From Methanothermobacter sp. MT-2 (lineage in GTDB: Archaea; Methanobacteriota; Methanobacteria; Methanobacteriales; DSM-23052), in assembly GCA_003584625.1 (NCBI GenBank), contig AP017647.1, positions 760,603-792,602 of the forward strand: 32,000 nt of DNA, written 5' to 3'. This document shows positions 8,364 to 15,554 of the stretch, one piece after another. The notes below the pieces were generated by a model, which saw only the letters and a list, made by a program, of their open reading frames with translations, made no database searches and was not told where the DNA came from. A program made the translations under genes and the position numbers. The number at the start of each line of letters is the position of its first letter. Position 1 is the first letter of the stretch.

Positions 8364-8600
8364 AATTTACCTCAAAAACTACAAAAAAAGAGAGTTTTCA
8401 TCCTAGAACCCTTCGAATTTTGGACACCCGGACCCAAAGTCAAAAACTTTGAGGAATTCCCAAAAGAACTGGAAAAAAGCATAGAAAATCCAAACTATTA
8501 TCAAAGAGAAAGAAAGATCATAGACGACCCCGTAAACAAGTATAAAGATGACAAATCCGCTGAAAGAATATACAAACTCATATTCGAAAAAGAATTGTAA
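8364..8600 (+). pseudogene. 3' fragment of a TagF-like CDP-glycerol glycerophosphotransferase gene (no start codon)
   Basis: Open frame ..KKRVFILEPFEFWTPGPKVKNFEEFPKELEKSIENPNYYQRERKIIDDPVNKYKDDKSAERIYKLIFEKEL* (stop at 8598-8600). The pattern PGP-V...EE(L/F)...I.....Y........D(G/D)K(A/S)xERI...I resembles TagB/TagF C-termini. No start codon or upstream coding sequence is recognisable. Confidence 0.45.
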
Positions 8601-8662
8601 AAACTTTTGCAGTTTTATGCACATGGAAGTTATAATTATGTGCTTTTTTTGAAACTGAAAAG

Positions 8663-8669
8663 AAAAAAA
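8663..8669 (-). terminator. oligo-T run downstream of trxB (minus strand)
   Basis: A7 on the plus strand equals T7 on the minus strand, about 75 nt after the trxB stop. Archaeal terminators are oligo-T tracts. Confidence 0.35.
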
Positions 8670-8744
8670 TAAGACGCCAAAACTTCAATGAGACTTCAAT
8701 GAGAATAGAACTTTTTGTGGATGGGTATCCTCGGATTGGATCTC

Positions 8745-9653
8745 CTAGATTCTTTCTGAGATGTCCTTGTATGCTGTGGTTGCAGCTATTGCTCCTTCTG
8801 CGCATGCTGTAACCCATTGGTTTAAGCCGCCTGTTATGTCCCCAGCCGCGTAGACTCTTTTGATGTTGGTTCTTTGTTGTTTGTCGGTTATTATGTAACC
8901 GGCCTTGTCTAGTTTTATTCCCAGGTTTTTTGCTAGTTTGTTTATGGGTTCTTCTCCTATTGCTATGAATATTCCGTCGGTTTTTATTGTGCTGGTTTTT
9001 CCTGTTTTCTTGTTTTCTATTATGGCCTCTTGGACTTTGTTTTTGCCTTTGATTTCTTTTAGTGTGGTGTTCCAGATTATGGGGATTTTTTGTTTTTTTG
9101 TTTGGTTTTGTAGGTATTTTTGCGCCCTTAGTTGGTTTCTTCTGTGTATTATTGTTGGTTTGGATCCTATTTTGTGTAGGAATATTGCTTCTTGTAGTGC
9201 GCTGTTTCCTCCTCCGATTACTAGTACTTTTTTGTTTTTGTATAGTGGTCCGTCGCATGTTGCACAGTATGATACTCCCCGGCCTAGGAATTCTTTTTCT
9301 CCTGGGATTTTTAGTTTTCGGTGGCGTGTGCCTGTGGCTAGTATTATTGTTTTGGTTGTGTAGGTGTCTTTTTTTGTTTCTATTTTAAGGTTTTTAGAGT
9401 TTTTTTCGATTTTTGTGACTTCTTCTAGTTCTTTGAGTTTTGCATGTTTTGTTGCTTGTTTTTTCATTTTTTGTATGAGTTTTTGGCCTTCTATTTTTTC
9501 GTATCCTGGGTAGTTTTCCATGAGTGGTACTTCTAGTCCTTTTCCTCCGGCTATTCCTTTTTCGAGTATGAGTGTTTTGCTTCCTTGTCTTCCGGCGTAT
9601 ATTGCTGCTGTTAGTCCGGCTGGTCCTGCTCCTATTATTATTGTATCATACAT
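8745..9653 (-). CDS. trxB: thioredoxin-disulfide reductase
   Basis: [20 protein letters not shown] (FAD GxGxxG), the redox-active CATC in [20 protein letters not shown] plus HRRNQLRA (NADPH-type motif), and AAGD near the C-terminus. The start is ATG at 9653. The longer track ORF, up to 9728, runs into the tRNA gene. Confidence 0.92.
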   Translation of the reverse strand: MYDTIIIGAGPAGLTAAIYAGRQGSKTLILEKGIAGGKGLEVPLMENYPGYEKIEGQKLIQKMKKQATKHAKLKELEEVTKIEKNSKNLKIETKKDTYTTKTIILATGTRHRKLKIPGEKEFLGRGVSYCATCDGPLYKNKKVLVIGGGNSALQEAIFLHKIGSKPTIIHRRNQLRAQKYLQNQTKKQKIPIIWNTTLKEIKGKNKVQEAIIENKKTGKTSTIKTDGIFIAIGEEPINKLAKNLGIKLDKAGYIITDKQQRTNIKRVYAAGDITGGLNQWVTACAEGAIAATTAYKDISERI

Positions 9654-9671
9654 TGGTTTGGTCTCCGAAAA

Positions 9672-9680
9672 TTTTATAAA
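9672..9680 (+). promoter_or_regulatory. TATA box (TTTTATAAA) for the tRNA-Glu/tRNA-Gly unit
   Basis: An A/T-rich palindromic TATA-like element centred about 29 nt upstream of the tRNA-Glu 5' end. It lies in the 51-nt gap between the divergent trxB and the tRNAs. Confidence 0.4.
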
Positions 9681-9704
9681 CTTTATACTACTTAGAATAA
9701 TTAT

Positions 9705-9779
9705 GCTCCGATAGTGTAGTCCGGCCAATCATCTCGGCCTCTCGAGCCGAGGACCCGGGTTCAAATCCCGGTCGGAGCA
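9705..9779 (+). tRNA. tRNA-Glu (anticodon CTC)
   Basis: Cloverleaf folded by hand. Acceptor GCTCCGA/TCGGAGC plus A73. Anticodon stem TCGGC/GCCGA with loop CTCTCGA (anticodon at 9741-9743). T-arm CCGGG-TTCAAAT-CCCGG. No encoded CCA. Confidence 0.9.
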
Positions 9780-9783
9780 TTTT

Positions 9784-9857
9784 GCGGCGTTGGTCCAGTC
9801 TGGTTAAGACACTGGCCCCCCAAGCCAGTGACCCGGGTTCAAATCCCGGGCGCCGCA
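9784..9857 (+). tRNA. tRNA-Gly (anticodon CCC) with C at position 33
   Basis: Acceptor GCGGCGT/GCGCCGC plus A73. Anticodon stem CTGGC/GCCAG with loop CCCCCAA (9817-9823, anticodon 9819-9821). T-arm CCGGG-TTCAAAT-CCCGG. It is separated from tRNA-Glu by only TTTT. Confidence 0.85.
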
Positions 9858-9866
9858 TTTTTTTTT
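9858..9866 (+). terminator. oligo-T (T9) terminator after the tRNA pair
   Basis: Nine consecutive T directly after the tRNA-Gly discriminator base. The run overlaps the stop codon of the convergent Csa3-like gene. Confidence 0.55.
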
Positions 9867-10458
9867 ATAGTGTTGCGATTTCTCCTGCTGATGTTATTTC
9901 GAGTTTTTCGGGGTCTATGAATCCCATGTTTCTTAGTTCTCTTATGTGGTTGTATGTCATGCCTCGGCTTATTCCGAGTTTTATGGCGAGGTTTTTTACT
10001 GAGGTTTCTCCTTTTTTGAGTTCTTCTAGTAGTTTCTTTTTTGTCTTGGATATTCCGAAGCTTAGTATGGGTAGGTCTATTATTTCTCCTTCTTCTTCTG
10101 TTACGTAGGCTATTCTTTGGACGTCGTTGTTTCTGGCGTAGCATCCGAATAGTACTCCTAGGGCTTGGGTTTTTCTTCCTCCGCTTATGTTTACTACTAT
10201 TTTTCTTCCTTTTGCTCTTTCTTCGTCTATTGTGTCTACTGTGTCTTTTGCTATTTGGACTACGTCGTATAGGCTTGTTTCTTTTATTTGTACTTTGATG
10301 AAGTTTCCTAGTGTGTCTTCTATGATTTTTTGTACTTGTTCTTTTTCTCTTGGTGGTTCTTCTTCCATTATTAGGACGACTTTTCTGGGTGAGAATTGTG
10401 TTATGCAGATCATGACTGGTTCTATGGAATATACTGTTGATATTAGGGTTGTTTCCAT
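9865..10458 (-). CDS. Csa3-like CARF-domain transcriptional regulator (CARF + C-terminal wHTH)
   Basis: N-terminal Rossmann-like domain ([13 protein letters not shown].., ..[20 protein letters not shown]..) resembles the Csa3/CARF core with its GG-x-K/R loop. The C-terminus [42 protein letters not shown] is a winged helix-turn-helix. Confidence 0.7.
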   Translation of the reverse strand: METTLISTVYSIEPVMICITQFSPRKVVLIMEEEPPREKEQVQKIIEDTLGNFIKVQIKETSLYDVVQIAKDTVDTIDEERAKGRKIVVNISGGRKTQALGVLFGCYARNNDVQRIAYVTEEEGEIIDLPILSFGISKTKKKLLEELKKGETSVKNLAIKLGISRGMTYNHIRELRNMGFIDPEKLEITSAGEIATL

Positions 10459-10640
10459 CAGTTATCAACTCCATTTTATGATTTTTCTTATGATATGTAT
10501 ATTTTTCCTTTTATAAATAATATTATTATTGTATGGTTGGTATATTACTTATTAGATTTGTTCTTTGAATTTCTCCTTGTGTAGGGTAGATTATTTATTG
10601 GTTGTGGTCTGATATTGTTTTATAGGTTTTGGTGGTTGTT

Positions 10641-12188
10641 ATGGTCTTGGAGGTTTGGAGGTCCTTGGATGATGGCTTGTTCCTTTGTAAGGTGAGGGTT
10701 TATGTGCCTGATAGGCCTGGTTCTTTGGCGAAGATTGCGGGTTATTTTGCAGATTATAATATAAATATTTCTTATTTTTATTATAATAGGTCTGAGCATC
10801 CTAATCGTGTTCTGGTTGAGGGGAAATCCGGGGATAATATATTCAGGTCACTTTATCAGGATCTTTTAGGGGAGGGATTTTTTAGGGAATTGTTCCAGGA
10901 GGATCTTCAGATCACAACCCCTGATAACATCCTTAAAGTTTCTGCTTATCTTGAAAACAAACCAGGGACACTTGCGGATTTTGCGAGTATACTCAAAGGT
11001 TATGATGCGAATGTCACCTACATGGTCTATAATGAGATGATATCAGAGAATAGGGCTGAGATAGCATTTTATGTTGAGGATCCGCGGGAGATTAGTGAAC
11101 TTGCCAGGGAATTGAATGATCTGGGTTATCATTACAATTTGGAGTATAGTGGGGCTGATGAAGAATCTGATAGGATAATCGGTTTAAACCTTGTTGAAAT
11201 GTTCTATTTCAAACTTAGAGAAATATTAGATGATAAGGAAGTTGATAAGATAAAAGAGCTTGTTAACACTTCAAAAAGGCTTTCGGATACCCTTTTAAGG
11301 TTTAATAGGGAGGCTGGTCGGAACCTTGAAGCCGGCCAGGTATTCGGGAACATATTAGCACTTGCAATATCTTCCAGGACGAAAATGGGAGGGGCATTCC
11401 AGTATAGGAGATTGCCTAGTCTACCCGTGGGTGATGTGCTTTTACATGCTTTCAGGCCTCCTACAGGGGGTAACATTTATCTTTTGGAATGTGATGGGGA
11501 TCTTGTGATGATTGACGGCTCCTATGGCATATACTATGATAATGTGAAAGTTATGTTGGATGAGAATGGTTTGGATCCTTCAAGGGTGGATAGGATTTAT
11601 ATTTCGCATGCTGATGCTGATCATGCTGGTCTTAGCGGATACTTCCAAGGAGAGTATGGTTCAAAGGTTTTCATGCATCCAAGCGCCAAGAATATTATAA
11701 TGGAGGATAATCGTGCGGCGGGTTCAAAAACTCCACTTCTTGAACTTAACCATTATTTCACAGTCCTCGTGAACCATTTCACGGAATGTAAGTTCCCAGA
11801 AACCTGGCAAGCCTACAAGACAAAAAAGGAAGGCGAAATTGGAGAGTTCCCAATAATTGACGATTTCAAGGTGGGAGATCTTCACTTTAAAGTTCTTGAA
11901 AGTCTTGGGGGTCATATACCAGGGCAGGTTTTCTTTTTATCAGAAGATGCCGGGCTTTTGTTTACTGCAGATTATCTGCTTTATGTGCCTAGTCTAGAAG
12001 GTGATGAGAGAAGATTCTTGAATATTCAAAGGTTTCTTATGACAAGTACAAATGCAAATTCAATGTTATTCCATGAAGAGATGCGAAAACTAGAAGAAGT
12101 GGCGAAGAAAATCGATGAGAAAACTGATAGGGGCTTGTTAATCTTACCAGGCCATGGGGATTATTATCCTATAAGATTAGCCCCATAA
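10641..12188 (+). CDS. tandem ACT domains fused to an MBL-fold metallo-hydrolase
   Basis: ACT1 is VRVYVPDRPGSLAKIAGYFADYNINIS and ACT2 is VSAYLENKPGTLADFASILKGYDANVT. The C-terminal MBL fold has VMIDGSYG, ISHADADHAG (an HxHxDH-type motif with D in place of the second H), GGHIPGQ and LPGHGD. ATG at 10641 is preferred over the TTG at 10629. Confidence 0.8.
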   Translation: MVLEVWRSLDDGLFLCKVRVYVPDRPGSLAKIAGYFADYNINISYFYYNRSEHPNRVLVEGKSGDNIFRSLYQDLLGEGFFRELFQEDLQITTPDNILKVSAYLENKPGTLADFASILKGYDANVTYMVYNEMISENRAEIAFYVEDPREISELARELNDLGYHYNLEYSGADEESDRIIGLNLVEMFYFKLREILDDKEVDKIKELVNTSKRLSDTLLRFNREAGRNLEAGQVFGNILALAISSRTKMGGAFQYRRLPSLPVGDVLLHAFRPPTGGNIYLLECDGDLVMIDGSYGIYYDNVKVMLDENGLDPSRVDRIYISHADADHAGLSGYFQGEYGSKVFMHPSAKNIIMEDNRAAGSKTPLLELNHYFTVLVNHFTECKFPETWQAYKTKKEGEIGEFPIIDDFKVGDLHFKVLESLGGHIPGQVFFLSEDAGLLFTADYLLYVPSLEGDERRFLNIQRFLMTSTNANSMLFHEEMRKLEEVAKKIDEKTDRGLLILPGHGDYYPIRLAP

Positions 12189-12264
12189 AATATTATTTGA
12201 TTATCTCTTGGAATGAGAGTAAAACTAGCTATGGGTGGCTTTTTTTTGGGGGATTTTCCAAGTT

Positions 12265-12591
12265 TTATCCTTTTTTGAACCAGCCTGCTTCTTCCATGGC
12301 TTTTAAGGCTATTTTGGTGCTTGTGTCATCGCCTCTTGCCACGCTTATCCCGATGTTTTCTCCGATAGCATCTATTATCCTTGCTATTGTCTTGTGTGTG
12401 AATCCTGGGCATAATATTATTGAATGGACCCCCTCCTCGGCTAGTTCCTCGCACACTTTTATTGCCTGGTCATCATCTTTTATTAGGATGCTTGTAAGCT
12501 CATATAAGCCTGTTTCGATCTTGCACCTGTCCCTTTGGGGTTTGGCGTCTGGGACATGTGCTATGAATGCTGTCTTAAATTTTTTAGTCAT
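12265..12591 (-). CDS. conserved hypothetical small alpha/beta protein (possibly DUF6506-like)
   Basis: MTKKFKTAFIAHVPDAKPQ... is a 108-aa ORF from the ATG at 12591. The family assignment is from memory of similar Methanobacteria proteins and has not been checked. Confidence 0.55.
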   Translation of the reverse strand: MTKKFKTAFIAHVPDAKPQRDRCKIETGLYELTSILIKDDDQAIKVCEELAEEGVHSIILCPGFTHKTIARIIDAIGENIGISVARGDDTSTKIALKAMEEAGWFKKG

Positions 12592-12639
12592 ACAATAATA
12601 TAAAGGGTGAAAATATAATATATATCTTATCAAAATCTT

Positions 12640-12837
12640 TTGGGGGGTTGCTTAGCCTTGATACATTATAGGTTAGATGTGCCTGATACCGTTAAATGTT
12701 CAGTTTGTGGCGGTGTTGCAGTTGAAATTGAGGAAAGTTACCCAGAGGGAGGTTTTATCACGATAACCTATAAGTGTAAGGATTGTGGACATATAGAAAA
12801 GAGACAATATGGCAGACCCACCAGTATAATAGACTAA
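12640..12837 (+). CDS. small zinc-ribbon protein
   Basis: Two CxxC pairs (CSVCGG ... CKDCGH). The start is uncertain: the TTG at 12658 lies about 10 nt after GGGGGGT. Confidence 0.5.
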   Translation: MGGCLALIHYRLDVPDTVKCSVCGGVAVEIEESYPEGGFITITYKCKDCGHIEKRQYGRPTSIID

Positions 12838-12860
12838 AAAATGGAATATGGGGGCATGGT

Positions 12861-13532
12861 ATGAAAACCGAATATAAAAACATCTCAAAAAAAATGAAAG
12901 AAAAACTGGGACTTGAAAGGTCTCCAGTAGCTGTTAAACTCGTACTCCGCGAAGAAGACCTGCCAGAAGGCATTGAAAGGATAAGTGAACCTGCAAGGCA
13001 TTGTGAAATGGTGATGAGGGCGAGTAGAGGCGAAATCTTCTACGCCCTTGCAGAAGATCAGAAATGTAAAGGCGGAGCCGGTGCCATCGGAGCCGAGGAA
13101 ATACCGGAAAAAGTTAAAACCGGAGAATTCTACTATGAACTGGGCCGATTTTCAAGTTTCCCAGCCGCAAAAAGAACACTAGACCTAATCCCGAAAATAG
13201 ACCTAAGATTCTATGCCGTAGTATACGCGCCACTAGAAAAAATAGAATACGACCCAGATGTTATAATAGTGGTCTGTAACCCAGCCCAAGCCCTAAGGAT
13301 AGTCCAAGCCCTAGTCTATACCAAGGGTGGTAGAGTCAAAGGAGACTTTGCAGGTATACAATCAATCTGTGCAGATGCAGTCGCAGGACCATACATGAGA
13401 GGCGAAGCCAACATAACCCTAGCCTGCAGCGGATCAAGACAATACTCCGACATAAAAGAAGACGAACTCATAATAGGTCTAACAGCCGAAAACATAGACT
13501 GCATAATAGAAGCACTAGAAGAAATGGCATAA
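12861..13532 (+). CDS. DUF169 domain protein
   Basis: MKTEYKNISKKMKEKLGLERSPVAVKL...ARHCEMVMRASRGEIFYA...KCKGGAGAIG.. matches my memory of DUF169 (COG2043) proteins. ATG at 12861 follows a GGGGG-containing RBS. Confidence 0.75.
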   Translation: MKTEYKNISKKMKEKLGLERSPVAVKLVLREEDLPEGIERISEPARHCEMVMRASRGEIFYALAEDQKCKGGAGAIGAEEIPEKVKTGEFYYELGRFSSFPAAKRTLDLIPKIDLRFYAVVYAPLEKIEYDPDVIIVVCNPAQALRIVQALVYTKGGRVKGDFAGIQSICADAVAGPYMRGEANITLACSGSRQYSDIKEDELIIGLTAENIDCIIEALEEMA

Positions 13533-13547
13533 AGGGTGAAAATAGAC

Positions 13548-13751
13548 ATGGCCGAAATAACTGAAGTATTAGATGAAGCACGTGACTTGGCCGAGAAGAT
13601 AAAAAAGTATAGGAGCGAGGCTAAAGGCGAGATTATAGCCTGTTGGGTCTATGATGTCCTACTTTCAATGGAAAAGTTGGCCGAGATCGTTGAGGAATTA
13701 CAGGATAGGGTTGATTTGCTTGAGGAGGAGCTAGAAGGTAAGAAATTCTAG
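13548..13751 (+). CDS. small acidic coiled-coil protein, unknown function
   Basis: MAEITEVLDEARDLAEKIKKYRSEAKGE...LLEEELEGKKF. ATG at 13548 lies 7 nt after AGGGTGA, directly downstream of the DUF169 gene. Confidence 0.45.
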   Translation: MAEITEVLDEARDLAEKIKKYRSEAKGEIIACWVYDVLLSMEKLAEIVEELQDRVDLLEEELEGKKF

Positions 13752-14383
13752 TTCCCAGATTTTATTTTTAGATAATGATCATAGGTATTTAAATTTACCA
13801 GCTCTATTTCATTTTCCGGTTTTACTGCATATAATTTTATGTTATTTTTTAGCATCTTCCAAAGTAGTGGGTTAATATTACCCTTGTATGATGGCAGATA
13901 TTCTAGTAGTAGTTTTTTATGGGCTGCGAATGGCATTCCAAGGCCTTTAGGATTATCTAAGCGGCCGAAAACGCCTCTACCCATAATAGAGATGGTTTTA
14001 TAACCTTTCAGGTTTCCTATGATTTTTTTGTAGGTTTTTGGGGTTACTGTGGGCTGATCCCCGGCAACGCAAAGACAAATCCCGCCTTTAGCATTTTTTA
14101 TTCCATTTAGGAGGGAACCAGTCAAGGGAATCCTAAAGTTTGGGTTTTCCACGATCTTAACATCCATATCTGAGATTTTCGGGATTATCTCATCCTTTTG
14201 ACAGCCCACAACGACTATGCACTCATCCACACCAGCTTTAAGAACATTATTTATAGTTTTTTCAATAACAGTCTCATCATTTAACCTGAGCAAGAGTTTA
14301 TGGACTGGTCTAAAACCCCTCCTTCTCATATCAGCTTTCATCCTTTCCCCTTTACCAGCCGCTGTTATAATCCCTGAAATCAT
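13748..14383 (-). CDS. MobA-like NTP transferase (nucleotidyltransferase) family protein
   Basis: N-terminus MISGIITAAGKGERM (GxxAAGxGxRM signature), then ..LL.L.DETVIEKTI...GVDECIVVVG.. and ..CVAGDQP.., typical of NTP_transf_3 enzymes. It is the last gene of the Mur-ligase array. Confidence 0.7.
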   Translation of the reverse strand: MISGIITAAGKGERMKADMRRRGFRPVHKLLLRLNDETVIEKTINNVLKAGVDECIVVVGCQKDEIIPKISDMDVKIVENPNFRIPLTGSLLNGIKNAKGGICLCVAGDQPTVTPKTYKKIIGNLKGYKTISIMGRGVFGRLDNPKGLGMPFAAHKKLLLEYLPSYKGNINPLLWKMLKNNIKLYAVKPENEIELVNLNTYDHYLKIKSGN

Positions 14384-14390
14384 ACCATTT

Positions 14391-15554
14391 TCACGCCGGC
14401 ACCAATCTGTAGATCTTAGCATGTATTATCATACCAGGTCCTGAACCTTCAGTCCACATGATTATCATTATGGGATAGTTACCATCATTGTATACTTTAA
14501 CGTCTGTTGCCGGGTCATAGCCATACATTAGGGCGAAGTATCCCCAGGTTATGCCTGAAGGTGTTGGCAATCCTGCTTCTGCCACAGCATCTCTAAGTGC
14601 TCTTGCTGGAGGACAAGTACCATGTGAAGCATATCCACCAGGAGCCTCAGGATCCCCTGATGACGTGAACTGCACAGTCTCCTTTCCCGGCGAAATCGCC
14701 CCTGGCGGTACTATCGTCCCATTCCAAGCCCTTACGAACTCTCTTGCATTATATTCTCTGCTTATATCCCCATATTCTGGGTATGACTCGAGTTGGCTTG
14801 TGGCTGTTGCAACCTCCTCCATTTTATAATTGTGCATATAGGCCATGATTGGTGAACCTGAGGGATATTCCATCATGTATTTTTTTGTTTGTTCACCGAA
14901 AAATTTCACTATATCTTCTGGTGGCACTTCTCTTCTGCCGTCGCTGAAATTGGATAGTGAGAAGTCTATGGGTATCTTGTCTCCTATCTTGGCTTCTTTG
15001 TACCATTCTTTGATTTTTGTTGCGTTAACATACTCTGATATGTTGTTTATCTGGTCTGGTTTCAAGGTTTTTATGGTTTTGTTATTTTCTATGATGGCAA
15101 TACCATCCTTTGTTTTAACTGCATAGGTGTAAGGTGTCTTGTAGGCCCATATGAAGTTTGCTGGTGGTTGTACAACTAGTTTATTTTCTTTTGTTGTTAT
15201 CATCCCTGGGCCTTCGAATTTTTGGGCTCGTCCATCTGCTTCTATGCCTTCTGTTATGTCTTTGATTGGTGTCATTATGGTTCCGGTGAGTAGTCCATAG
15301 ATTGCTGGGATGATCTGTCCTTCTTGGAGGTTTTCTATAAGGTAGTCTGGGTGTGTGATCAGGGGTTCTTTTCTTACTTTGGTGAGGTCTACTACTTGTG
15401 TTTCTGCCATTACTGTGCTTCCTATTGGCATGCTACTTATTTCTGCCGGATTTTGTGTTGGAGTATTAGATGAGATGTAGTAGTCTATTGGAGCCATTAT
15501 AATTATTATGAGTATTAGTGGGATTATTATCCTATGTAAATATTTTTTTGGCAT
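14391..15554 (-). CDS. membrane-anchored extracytoplasmic protein with a possible VanW-like C-terminal domain
   Basis: N-terminal TM anchor (RIIIPLILIIIIMAPI). The C-terminal strings AWNGTIVPPGAISPG, SHGTCPPARALRDAVAEAGLP, GYDPATDVKVYNDGNYPIMI and IIHAKIYR resemble VanW-family motifs (G.i.PGe.fS, GGGiCq.sstLy.aal.aGL, G.DAtv...f.N.t..pi.I, l.v.iyG). The match is by eye only. Its start overlaps the upstream ligase gene by 23 nt. Confidence 0.8.
   Translation of the reverse strand: MPKKYLHRIIIPLILIIIIMAPIDYYISSNTPTQNPAEISSMPIGSTVMAETQVVDLTKVRKEPLITHPDYLIENLQEGQIIPAIYGLLTGTIMTPIKDITEGIEADGRAQKFEGPGMITTKENKLVVQPPANFIWAYKTPYTYAVKTKDGIAIIENNKTIKTLKPDQINNISEYVNATKIKEWYKEAKIGDKIPIDFSLSNFSDGRREVPPEDIVKFFGEQTKKYMMEYPSGSPIMAYMHNYKMEEVATATSQLESYPEYGDISREYNAREFVRAWNGTIVPPGAISPGKETVQFTSSGDPEAPGGYASHGTCPPARALRDAVAEAGLPTPSGITWGYFALMYGYDPATDVKVYNDGNYPIMIIMWTEGSGPGMIIHAKIYRLVPA

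Noticed and set aside
6907-8624. ORFs 6907..7173, 7187..7423, 7971..8246 and 8403..8624 in the gene-poor zone.
   Set aside because: They have no recognisable domains. 6907..7173 overlaps the lipoprotein gene out of frame. 8403..8624 is antisense to a more protein-like TagF-type reading frame. I treated them as non-coding or relic sequence.
8683-8704. Perfect tandem duplication CTTCAATGAGA x2 downstream of trxB.
   Set aside because: There are only two short units in a 3' untranslated spacer. It is most simply a slippage duplication, and no further copies were seen.
9654-9728. N-terminal extension of the trxB ORF ([14 protein letters not shown]..) up to 9728.
   Set aside because: The extension runs through the tRNA-Glu gene and the promoter region. 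The conserved FAD-binding N-terminus begins at the ATG at 9653, which has a GGAG 9 nt upstream.
8578-10474. Long K/R/N/T/Q-rich ORFs in alternative frames of the sense strand (8578..9258, 9839..10474; also 16121..16399, 19386..19568, 30394..30609).
   Set aside because: They overlap well-supported genes (trxB, the Csa3-like gene, Mur ligases, GGGPS) out of frame. Their low-complexity basic composition is what the A/C-rich sense strand yields in any frame.
8700-12900. Skew sign changes as evidence for a replication origin or terminus.
   Set aside because: The sign flips many times within 32 kb and inside genes. No cdc6/orc1 gene, ORB-like repeats or AT-rich unwinding element flanked by such repeats is visible.
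13748-13751. Convergent genes sharing a CTAG overlap, with stop codons on both strands.
   Set aside because: It is a trivial consequence of the palindromic TAG/CTA sequence. There is no evidence of regulatory meaning.
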